From Chrysochromulina tobinii (taxonomy: Eukaryota), in the NCBI GenBank assembly GCA_001275005.1, contig JWZX01002978.1, positions 1 to 41,697 of the forward strand: a DNA stretch of 41,697 nucleotides, in the 5' to 3' direction. The translations under genes were made by a program, and so were the position numbers. Below the pieces are notes generated by a model that did no database searches, had not been told where the DNA came from, and saw only the letters and a list, made by a program, of their open reading frames with translations. Below, in pieces: positions 21,606-31,568 of this stretch. How positions within the stretch are numbered: the first letter of the stretch is position 1; each line of letters opens with the position of its first letter.

Positions 21606-24600
21606 TCAGCGTCCCTTCATATGGCGGCTCTTGAGATACAACAGGACGTCACCTGCGACGTTCCAGACGAACGAGAGCGCTGCCGCTGGTTGCCCTCGCT
21701 CATCCATCGCCATGCCGCTCGCCTCCTTTTGCGCCTCAGAACCGTGCTTCCTGCATGCATCCGCTTGAGCTTGTTGCTCCTCTTGGCGCTTCTTGAGGCT
21801 TGCCTCGGCCGCCCTGTAGCCACGCGTATAGATGGCCTGTGCGAGGCAAATTTGCTTTTCGGACGGTCTCTCGATTGGCGTAAGGAAGTCACGCTTCGGG
21901 TCGTACTCATCGAGAAAGGGCGCCATGAACAGGTTGCTGTAGTACTCTCGTAGCTCGAGCATCTTCTGGTCCTTATGCTCCTTAGTTTGGGCGCAGTTTG
22001 GAAAATGCTGCGCCTGCTGGAGGATCGAACTCACCTTCAGATTGTACTCTTTGCGGTACTCGTCCCAGCGCTTACTCTCTTTCTTGAGCCAATCCCCGTC
22101 GACGTCGCCGATTTGTTCTTTCAACTTGAGGTGGTCGTCAAGCCCAAAAGATTCTGCAACACTGCTGCTGCCCTCGAGCGCCTTGCCATTCTCGTAGAGC
22201 TCCATCATGACCGACTTGAACTCGCGTCGCCTCATAGGCTCGAGTTTCGTCTGCGCCTCCTCAAACGTTAGGTACTTGATGTGCGGGTCCTTGCTCCTGC
22301 CGCTCATCCAGATCGGGTAGATAGTTGTGATGTAGTCGTCGATCCTCTCGGACTTGGCGCCTGTCTTGCCCGAATCCAGGCTCGCTGCGCAGGCGAGAGA
22401 ATGCGAGCGCCGTCACGAGCGCCGCGCGACGAGGTCAGAAAGGGGAGGATCGCGTCCAAAGGCAGTCCAAAGGCAGTCCAAAGGCAGTCCAAAGGCATTC
22501 CAAAGGCAGTCCAAAGGCAGTCCAAAGGCAGTCCAAAGGCATCAAGGCAAGAAAGCGGACGATCAGGTGTGTGGAGCCGAGCGCGCTCTCAAGCTCGAGC
22601 GCGCGCTCTCAAGCTCGAGACGGGCATACCGTAATAGGTGTCGACGAGTTTTCCCTTGACTTGACTGTCGTCCGCGCCGTACCAGTCGCCCTGCGCCATG
22701 ATGTTGAAGGCTGCCTTGGCGAGTACATCGAGCTCATTGTACTTGCGATCGAGGGCGAGCCCAGCGAGGATGAGCGTGCGTGCCGCGCGGTCAGAGAGCC
22801 GCGCCTCCGCCACCTTGGCTGCGGGCTCATCCGCCGGCCCCTTGCGCACGGGGGCATCTGCTACAAGCTCCACCAGTTTCGGGTCAGTGAGCACGACGAA
22901 CTCGTCACCATCGTAGTCGGCACCGCCCAGCTTGTCAGCCGCCGCTTGCGAGCCGCGTACGGAAAAGAAGATGGCGTTCTGACGCTCTGAGGAGCCGCCT
23001 GCAAGCATCTGGTGCAGAGCTGGTGGCGGCGGCACGTGCTTGAAGCGGCGCAAGTCGCCTGGGTGGCAGCCGGGCGCGTGATAGACGAGCACCCAAAGGT
23101 GGCCATCGGTGCTGCCACCATCGGCCAACTTGGGCTGCAGCGGCTTGCCTTCGATCACCACCACAATCTCGTCCGACTCGAGTGAATCCGTCTGATCGGG
23201 CACACCAACCACGTAGTGCGAGTCGGGCAGGCGCCACTTGCCCTGGCACAGGTTGGACAGCCTGTTGGCCGCCTCCTTCTCCAGCAGCTGCGCGAGGTAG
23301 GGCTCGTGAAGCGAGAAGCCCGCCTGCAGCATCTCGAGTGCGCGGCCCCCGCTGCCCGTGCTTAGCATACGCAGTATCTTATCCTTGCGCTCGCGCTCGA
23401 GCGCCTTCTCCGAGGGCACGTTGAGCACCGAAATGCGCCGCTTCTCGTCGGCCTGCTGCGCCTTGAGCAGCTCGAGCAGCGCCTGGCGGCATTTGCCGGC
23501 GACGGGATCCTTGCGCAACGCATTCGCCTCGAGCAGTGCGACTAGGCTCGGGTTGGACTTGCACTGTGAAGCACGCTCAAACGTGTTGCACGCGAGGATC
23601 TTGCACACGCGGTGGTATCTCTTGCCAGCCCTCACCTTTGCTGGTTGCACCTTCACCATCTCGCGACGCAGCACGATGAGCTGCCCCTGCAGCTGCGCCG
23701 CCGTCGTGAGCGTGCCCTTTGCAAGATAGCCTTGAAGCCACGCTCGAATCTGCGTGACGAGCGGCGCCGATGTCTGCTTTTTAACCCCATCATCCAAGGC
23801 TAGCTGCTTGCTGCCGCCCTGAATGGGTTCAATGTGCTTCGCGAGCTCGAGCGAGATGAGCCCGCCCCCGTCCGTCATCACCTTGCCCGTGTCGCCCTTG
23901 ATGTCGTCGCAGACAAGAACAAGTGTCTCGCCCTCCGCCACCGTGTACTCAAAGGGCCGCCCCTGATGGTCACGCAGCCCTGTACTGGAGAGGTAGAGCG
24001 CGGACTGCACCTCCTCGATGCGTACCGTCTCCAGCTGCGGCTGCAGGATGTCGAGGGCATGGGAGAAGAGAAGGTCCCGCCGCTTGAGCTGCTTGACCGC
24101 GGTGGGCAGCTGATCAAAGGCTGCGAGCGCGTTGATGGCCTCCTCGGGATCGTGCCATCGGAAGCCCTCGCGCCTGCACCAAAGTGACGCAACGCACAGG
24201 GTGACGTGAGCAGATCCATGGCCTTTGAGCCGAAGGCAGACGCCAATGCGTAGGGGTGGAGAGTTCATCCATTTGGTCACTCACGAGAGCAGTCCCTCTG
24301 GCTCATGCAGGCTTGGGCACGCGAGCAGGTAGATCTTGGTGTCGCTCTTTCGCTGATCTGTCTTGCAGCCCAGGAAGCGGAACGTTGTGCCGAGTAACTG
24401 CACGCCGTCGCTCAGCCGCTGCGCGAGCTTCGCCTCCAGCTGCTTTGCCGCTTTCTTCTCAGCTGGGGGAGCGCCCCAAGCCACGAGCCGCTCCGGCAAG
24501 TCGACGCGAAGAACACACTCGGACTGCATGCGCAGGGCCACCCAGACCGAGGCGGCATGTCAACACGTTGATTGGGCTGAGAGAGAGCAAGGCAGTGTGT

Positions 24601-24865
24601 GTGGCGCGCGCACCCCGAAGACAGCGTGTGCGATGGTGGTCCCAATCGACCTGCCCGCCGTCGCTCCGAAGCTGCTCAGCTGCGGCTCGCCGTTCTTGTC
24701 CAGCTCCACGTGGTAGCGCACCGACTTGCCCTGACGGAAGAGGTCCTCGTCATCATGAACGTGGAACTTGAGGCCGGGGAACCAGATGCGAACCTTTCGG
24801 TTGGCCGCCTGCGCCCCATAGCAAATAGCCTCCTTGAGAAGCACAGAGATTCGAGTGGGCTCAGC
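21606..24865 (-). CDS. RDR: Eukaryotic cellular RNA-dependent RNA polymerase region (most like plant RDR3/4/5, gamma type)
   Basis: Motifs MTDGGGLIS, QIR...GYLAKG, LRREMVK, EMLQAGFSLHEPYL, GVPDQTDSLESDEI, VLVYHAPGCHPGD, NAIFFS...ADKLGGADYDGDEF (DYDGD at 22918-22904), LVDTYYASLDSGKTG, YPIWM and SFVWNVAGDVL. Confidence 0.93.
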
Positions 24866-25276
24866 CTGCGAAGGATGCAGGCAGTTAGGCAGACGGTAAG
24901 CACAGAGCCACTTTCTCGCACGCTCGCAAGTTAAGTGCACAGTGCGGTCGATGGCTCATACTACCTTGTTCAAATCTTTGAGGTTGAGTTCCTTGCATTC
25001 GAGCATGGCGGCCATCAGCGCAAACGCACGTGCACGGCACACGCGATCGTCCGCCTCGTACTTGGCGACGATTTCTTGGGCGTGGCTTTCTTCGAGCTGG
25101 CTCTTCAGCCAGTCCGGACTAAGCTGTGTGTGCTCAGTTGCTGAGACGAAGATTTGCATCAGGGATTGGGGGAGTGGAGGCCCCTTGCCGAGTGTAGCAC
25201 GCCGCAGCTCCTCGAGCTTGTCGCGGCTTGCAGCCTGCCTTTGCTGCTGCTGCTGCCGATCCGATGAATTGGCGTC

Positions 25277-25331
<55 letters not shown>

Positions 25332-28300
25332 GTCGAGTTGAGCTTGGAGCGCTTGAGCCGCCTCGGCTCCCTCTTGCACTCTCTTCTCCTTTTCTTGCTC
25401 CGCTCGCTTGCTTGCTCGATGCTTCTCCTCCGTCTCCTGCTCCAGTTTTCTCTCCATTAGAATTGATTTTCTCCTCATCTCTGCGATCTCTTCTCTCGCC
25501 TTCTGGAGCTCATCCGCAGCCTTATCGGACGATGCCTTGTCAGCCGCCGCATTCATCTGCTGAGCCGCCGCGTCAGTCTCACCAGCCAAGTTTGGCGGCA
25601 CTGATACCATCTCTGCGACCCCTGGCTGCCGAGATGCATTCTCGGCTGCCGCCTGCCCAGCAGCAGCCTGCTCAGCCTGCCCAGATACATGCCGAGATAC
25701 CACCGACTGCTCAGCCGCAGCCTGCTCAGCCGTAGCCTTGTCGGTTGCTGTCGCCTTCATCTGCTGACGTGCCAAGATGGGCGGCACCAATGGCAAGCCA
25801 AGCACATTCGGTGCAGGCCACATGGGCACCTGGATCCCATTCGGCGGCCATGTGTGCGGCAACCTTGCGAGAGGCGTTGCTTGCATCGCTATCAATGGAG
25901 GGAGGACGTTTGATAGTAACAGCGAAGGCATTCTTGGTCCCGTCGTCGCGCGTAACTCAGGGAGGTCATAGGGCGGTAGTAAATCGTCGCAGGGCGGCAC
26001 GCCTTCGATGGCCCATTCCTTGATTTGGCGGCAGAGAGAATCTTGATGGAAGATGTTCACACCGAGCATACCCATTTTCTTCTTGTCTGGGCCCTGATCC
26101 TTATCACGCATGTCGATGAGGTCCCTGAGCGCTTGTCCGTTGATCTCGTGCTTCTTGAACGCTTCTTGATAGCGGTTGCGAACCTCCGAATCACCTGGGA
26201 AGACGACGGCGAGCAGTTGACAAACCTCCGTGATGCTAAGACTCTCGATAGGCCGATGACCGTTACGTATCTTAGGCTTCCGCTTCCCCGTTTGGACCCG
26301 TCTTCTCACGCAGGTGTGCGTACGGTGTAAGCCACGGCACGCATCACAGCTCAGGTCGGGCTGTGCCTCAACTGCGTCGTTCGAAGCAGGGTACGCTACC
26401 ACCACCACTGACCTTTCAGCCGGTGGAGCCGCGTGCTCAGCCATCGAAGATGACGATGCGCCCGCAGATGGCTGCGATGTGGGAGCTGGAGCGGTATCAC
26501 CATGCGGCGGCGCCGGCGATGGTGCTCGAGTCGCGGTTGCCTGACGGCGCTTAAAAAATGCATCGAGGTGGCTCTTATCCAGGTTGGAGCCGGGCTCCCA
26601 CGTCTCCTCCTTCTCGTTGAAGCCGTTCCGAGCGCACGGCTCCCACCGCACGAGGTAGTGGGGCTCCAACTTGTTCGTTTCCTGGTTAGGCAGCATCTTT
26701 TCGTCAAGAATGGTCCGGATGAGGTAGCACTGATTTGGGTCGCGCTCGCAGTCTGGGCAAAACCAGGGGGTGCGATATGGCGGGCTGCATCGGCCCCCCA
26801 GAAATGCGGGCCCGCATGACGCATGCAGGCCCTGCATGCATTGCGCGCCTGCACAGCACGCATCCCCCTCGTCCGCCACCTCCTTTTTACAGTGCATGCA
26901 GATGAACTCGCCGTCGTCCTCATCGCTATCGGGGGGCATGCATTGCACCTGCTGATACTCTGCGTGGCTCAAGTGCCACGGCATCGGTAGCATCACCGAC
27001 ATCGCCTCGACCCCTGGCGCTGCACACAACTTCTTGCGCATGATCTCGCCGTCGACGGACAGGAAATAGACCGCGTGCCCTCTGTCTTGGCCCCCCGGCC
27101 CAACGTGGGCGCGCCGTTCACAGCTCACGAGCTTCGCTGGCACGAGCGCGTGGTCCAGAAAGGCCCGGAGCTTGTTCTCGTCTTGGGTGGTGCCATTCTG
27201 GCCCCGCTTGGGCTTGCCACGCAACGTGAGCGGCATCTCATCGTAGCGCGCGCGCATCGGCGTGCCCGGCTCCTTGGCCTTATCTAACAGGACTCTCCAC
27301 GACTTTGCGCTCTGTTGGCACGTTGCATCACACGCAAACAGCAAGTCGACAAAGAACCCCACCTCTGAAGCAAAGTTGAAGGTCCTTGCGGAGCTCTTGT
27401 CGCAGCAGACATCGCACTTTTTGCAGCCGTCCTTGACCAAGAAAGACGCGTCCTCGCCGCAGAGCCTCGAGAGGGTATGCCAGCGGCACGTCGTGGTCGC
27501 CTCAAGAAATTGACCAAGCAATGCGCGCGAGTTGGGCGTGTGCCCCGCCTCCATGAAATCTTGCGCCGCCGCGAAGACGGTGCACCTGGCTCGCTTGCCG
27601 TCACGCCCCGGCCTGCCGATCTGTTGCACCAGTTGCTCGAGGCTCTTGGGCATGCAGTAGAGGATGACGTGGCGCAGCTCAGGGTGATCTATCCCCTCTC
27701 CGAACGATTGGCCGGTGGCAACGAGCACGTCGATCGTCGAGTCCATGAATGCCTGATGAGCGGCCGCGTTCTCGGCATCGGAGCGGCCCTCCTTGTAGTA
27801 CAGGGCTACCTTCAGGCCGCCCTGCTCGAGAACCTTTGCAATCTGCCGAGCCGTCTCGCGCTTGGTCACGTAGATCAACGTGAGCCCCACGCGCTCGGGC
27901 AGCGGCTCAATTCGCCGTCCCGTCTGCTTGCAGTGGCGCTCGTCAACGAGAAATCGCAGATTGTCCTGCTTGCTCGTCCGAGGGAGGACCTGAATCTCGA
28001 GAGCCAACAGGCGTCATCAGGCGTCATCAGGCGTCATCAGGCGTCATCAGGCGTCATCCGGCGTCATCCGGCGTCATCCGGCGTCATCAACGCACCTGGA
28101 TCTCGATGTTCTCGCGGTAGATAGGCAAGATGAGCTCGAACGATTTGGAATCACGCGGATTGAACTTCAGGGAGCTGTTGGTCGGTCCGAATTTGAGCTT
28201 CTCCTTGATGGCCGTGCGCGCCGCCTGCGTCGCCGTGGCAGTCGTGGCGATGAAGCGCACGGGCGGATTGAGACCTTGTAAGAACTCGATGGCGCGCGGG

Positions 28301-31109
28301 TACTCTCGGGCGTGCTGCAAATGAGATGAGCCTTCCTCAGTCTCGTCGGATAGAATCAGATTGTGGGCCTCGTCCACAACCACGTTGAGAATCTGGCCCA
28401 TATCGTTAAGGACCGAAATGGCCTTTTGGACGGCATTGTTCTTCGAGAGCTTCTCAGGGGTGACGTAAACCAATCGGATCTCCGTATTCTGCAGCAGGAA
28501 GCTCATGGTCTGATTATAGTTTAGGCCATCGCCGCCCTCGAGGAAGGAGGCTACCTCACGCTGAGTCTGCTGGTTCACGCGTTCAACTTGATTTCTCGCC
28601 AACGCCTTGGTGGGAACAATAACGATCGTCTTTGTCTTCGGGGTCATCAGGGCGGGGCTGTGCGCACGGCGAAATAGCAGGCCCGCTCATGAGCAAGAGC
28701 GAATCTTAACAGAGGTAATCAGAGCACGAGAGCTCACCTGGTCAGAGGTAGCTTGGAGGCAATCAGGATGCACTCATGCAGAAAGTTGCACGCTAAGGCT
28801 CCGGTAGGCCATGGGCTCACAGTTGGTAAATAAGCGATTTGCCACCGCCCGTCGGTAAGATGAACAATAGGTGACGCTGCTTCTGTGCCGTGTCAAGGAC
28901 GACTTTGAGACCGACTTCTTGGGCATACTTGAGCGAGTTGAACCCAAAATGCTCCTTGGCGCCAGCGCTCGCAGGGCTTGGCGCCGAAGCTTTTGCTGGC
29001 GCTTCCTTTGGCCTCTCCAGCTTCCTGCGCTGCGCGATGCTTTCATCATCGGCAACAGTCTGGCGGGCTGATGGAGGAGGTGCCGCCGCTGGCGCTTCCT
29101 TGCGCTTCCTTGCGCTTCCTTCCGCCGCTTCCTTGCGCTTCGCCGTCGGCCCTTCCCTTGCCTTTGCCGCAGCCGCGGCCGCCAATGCTTGAGCTTGCGC
29201 ACCTTCTTCTTGCCTCTCCAGCTTCCTGCGCTGCGCGATGCTTAACTCATCGGCACCAGTCTGGTGGGCTGATGGAGGAGGTGCCGCCGCTGCCGCTTCC
29301 TTGCGCTTCCTTGCGCCTCCTTCCGCCGCTTTCTTGCGCTTCGCCGTCAGCTCATCTTCCCTTGCCTTTGCCGCAGCCGCGGCCGCCGCCTCTGCCTGTG
29401 GCATGAGCTCCTCGAACGGTTGGGCTCCTCGAGCGATGCGCTGCTTCTTGAGGGGAGGCGCAGTGGCGAGGCTCAAAACCAGGCGGACTTTGACGCTACC
29501 GTCGGGCACGCATAAGGGCCTGCACACGGCCGTGACCAAGGGCGTCTTGCACTCGGCATCATCATCGCCGCTGAGGCCACCTACCCGAGGGCTTGGCTGC
29601 TTGCTCGGGGCCTTGGCAGCGGGCTTGTGTTTGGCAATTGCGGTGGTTGGCAGTGTGGCGGCTGCGGTCGAAGGTGCCATGCTCTGCGCGTGAGTCTGCG
29701 GCTCCAGGTTGAAATAGCGCGCGACCTCGGCTTTAGAACGAAAGCGATTGCCCTGTGTACGTGGGGGCAGGGTGGGGTGGGTGAGCGCTTAAGACTGACC
29801 TGCAGGGCTGTGCGCACGACGGCGCCGCGCTCCCGCTCACTTGCGGAGTGAAGAAGTACGAGTCGGGGGTGCCTGCAGTTGCGCCCTCCTTGCGGAAGTG
29901 GGTCTTGGTGTACCAGCCATTGATCATCTCCGCCGAGCCGCCGCAGTTCTCGAGGTACTCCGCCAGTGACGCAAGGAGTTTCACGGAGTGCTCGGACGAG
30001 TCCGCATCAGCGTGGACCCGCATCTTTGACGTCCGCGCCTGTTTTGGCTCTGCTTGTGGCATGAGCTCCTCGAACGGTTGGGCTCCTCGAGCGATGCGCT
30101 GCTTCTTGAGGGGAGGCGCCGTGGCGAGGCTCAAAACCAGGCGGACTTTGACGCTACCGTCGGGCACGCATAAGGGCCTGCACACGGCCGTGACCAAGGG
30201 CGTCTTGCACTCGGCATCATCATCGCCGCTGAGGCCACCTGCCCGAGGGCTTGGCTGCTTGCTCGGGGCCTTGGCAGCGAGCTTGTGTTTGGCAATTGCG
30301 GTGGTTGGCAGTGTGGCGGCTGCGGTCGAAGGTGCCATGCTCTGCGCGTGAGTCTGCGAACACGGAAGCTCCTCGGGGTCATCGTGACGAATGCGTTGCT
30401 TTTTGGCGACCGTCGCCGCGGCTGGCTGTAATGATAGGCCAACGGCAACGCTGCCATCGGCCTTTTTCGAGAGCGTACAGCAGGCCTCGACCAAACGCTT
30501 CGCACGGCTGTCACGCAAATGGCCTCCGCCATCGCTGCGGCTTCCAGTGACCCTGCCGTCGCCCCGAGTGGCTGGTGGTTTGGCGACGGTGCCTGCTGCG
30601 GCGACCCGGCCTCGAGAGGCTCGGCCGGAGTCATTGTCAACGGGTAGCGCGCCCTCCTTTGACATAAGGGCGAAGAGTTCCTGCGCGGCCTCCAACCGCA
30701 GGCGCTCGTCGATCCGAGCGAGCTTACCCACCAACTCCTCGCTGCCGGCTTGCTCTCTGAGCTTACCCACCACCTCGTCGCGGAGCTCGCTTCGACACAA
30801 CTCGAGTGCGGCAGCGACGCTTGCCTGCTCGGCCACGCCATCCCTTGACGCTCGCCCAATGCGCTTAACACCAAAACACCGATCGCCCGTCTTCCTCGTC
30901 AAGGTCTTCGCAGCCTGGTCAACGCTATCCACGTCACGCCAGGTGATGGTCACTTGATGGTCCAGGGCGTCGACGAGCACGACCATGCCAAGCTCCGGCG
31001 CACACCAAGTGGATCCGGAGAACTGCGCGTCCTTCATGAGCACCACGAGGTCCCACTCTTGCAGATCAGGCTTTGACGTCCTCGCGCGTTTTGGCGTCGT
31101 CGCTGCCAT
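21606..31109 (-). CDS. Putative MBD - RecQ helicase - PHD - chromo - SAM - RNA-dependent RNA polymerase fusion protein (~2860 aa); exons 31109-29841, 29752-28821, 28657-28096, 27989-24965 (with a +1 break near 25275-25380), 24865-24614, 24523-24285, 24173-22630, 22384-21606
   Basis: All seven GT-AG introns were checked by hand and keep frame. Most rejoin recognisable motifs (YFFTPQ|GNRFRSKAEV; YQL|PAL; IEIQ|VLPR; AVFG|SECVLRV; DTYYA|SLDSGKTG). The fusion across 25275 is inferred. Confidence 0.7.
22454..22541. repeat. Intronic 11-nt tandem repeat (GTCCAAAGGCA)x8
   Basis: Eight copies (one TTCC variant) inside RdRP intron 22629-22385. The sense strand reads TGCCTTTGGAC. Confidence 0.95.
25278..25330. 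repeat. (CTG/CAG)~17 microsatellite at the RecQ/RdRP junction
   Basis: Reads poly-Ala then TGA in the upstream frame, and poly-Gln continuing toward the RdRP in the +1 frame. Confidence 0.95.
26010..26910 (-). other. Chromatin-reader cassette: PHD finger (~26910-26745), chromodomain (~26730-26575), CxxCxGxHxxHTC knuckle (~26350-26310), SAM domain (~26245-26010)
   Basis: PHD: CMHC...CCAGAQC..GLHASC...WFCPDC. Chromo: YLIRTILDEK...HYLVRWE...EETWEPGSNL. Knuckle: CDACRGLHRTHTC. SAM: LSITEVCQLL...YQEAFKKHEINGQAL...LGV. Confidence 0.8.
27400..28955 (-). other. RecQ-family SF2 helicase core plus RQC zinc-binding region
   Basis: HFGFNSLKYAQ (motif 0), LPTGGGKSLIYQLPAL (I), VIVPTKAL..NQ (Ia), YVTPEKL (Ib), VVDEAH (II), TTATAT (III), LIYV (IV), VAT..FGEGID (V), QQIGRPGRDG (VI), CRW...CKKCDVC (Zn). 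Confidence 0.92.
28011..28090. repeat. Intronic 10-nt tandem repeat (GCGTCATCAG/GCGTCATCCG)x8
   Basis: Eight copies filling most of RecQ intron 28095-27990. Confidence 0.95.
29390..30358. repeat. ~310-bp near-identical direct repeat (29390-29700 and 30048-30358) flanking the MBD-coding segment
   Basis: Both copies encode QTHAQSMAPSTAAATLP...EELMPQAE with few substitutions. Offset 658 bp. Confidence 0.95.
29705..29930 (-). other. Methyl-CpG-binding domain (MBD fold), split by intron 29840-29753
   Basis: Spliced sequence NGWYTKTHFRKEGATAGTPDSYFFTPQGNRFRSKAEVARYF matches the MBD pattern GWxxxxxxRxxGxxxGxxDxYYxxPxGxxFRSKxExxxY. Confidence 0.85.
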
Positions 31110-31568
31110 ACTTGCCCGAGGAAGTGCTCGGCGTGCGACGTCCTGATTATTAAAAAGGGAATCTGAGAGAATCCACGCGCGGAGATCACGGAGAAATCGC
31201 CACGTGTCAACCCCGGTGTTTTTCGTCTTCAACCGGGGGAGCCGGGGCACTCACAGGACACACGGGGTGCCGTAGCACCGGTTGTCGCGTCTGTCGTGTC
31301 AACGTCCACGGGGACACACGGCTCACGGGCACACGGATCACACAGACGAACCTCACAACCCAACCGACCCAATCCACACCAACGCACCCGCACCGCACGA
31401 CAGGCACGACCGCGCGACGACCGGATCCGCGGCCGACTCAACAGCCGGTCAGCCGCAGTTCCGGAGTTAATTCCGGAGCCGGGCGAACCAATGAGCCCCG
31501 CTCCCCGCGGCCGACTCAGAAGAGGCCGCCCCCCTGGGGTTGGGGGGGGGTTCCTATCCTTTTTTGGG

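Noticed and set aside
21606..24865. RdRP considered as an endogenous RNA-virus polymerase
   Set aside because: It has the DxDGD double-psi-barrel signature of cellular RNAi RdRPs, not the viral GDD palm motifs, and it has spliceosomal introns.
31110..31250. ORF-track extension upstream of the fusion gene (GTG start at 31250), and other GTG/TTG starts
   Set aside because: Bacterial-style start calls. In a eukaryote the first in-frame ATG (31109) is more plausible.
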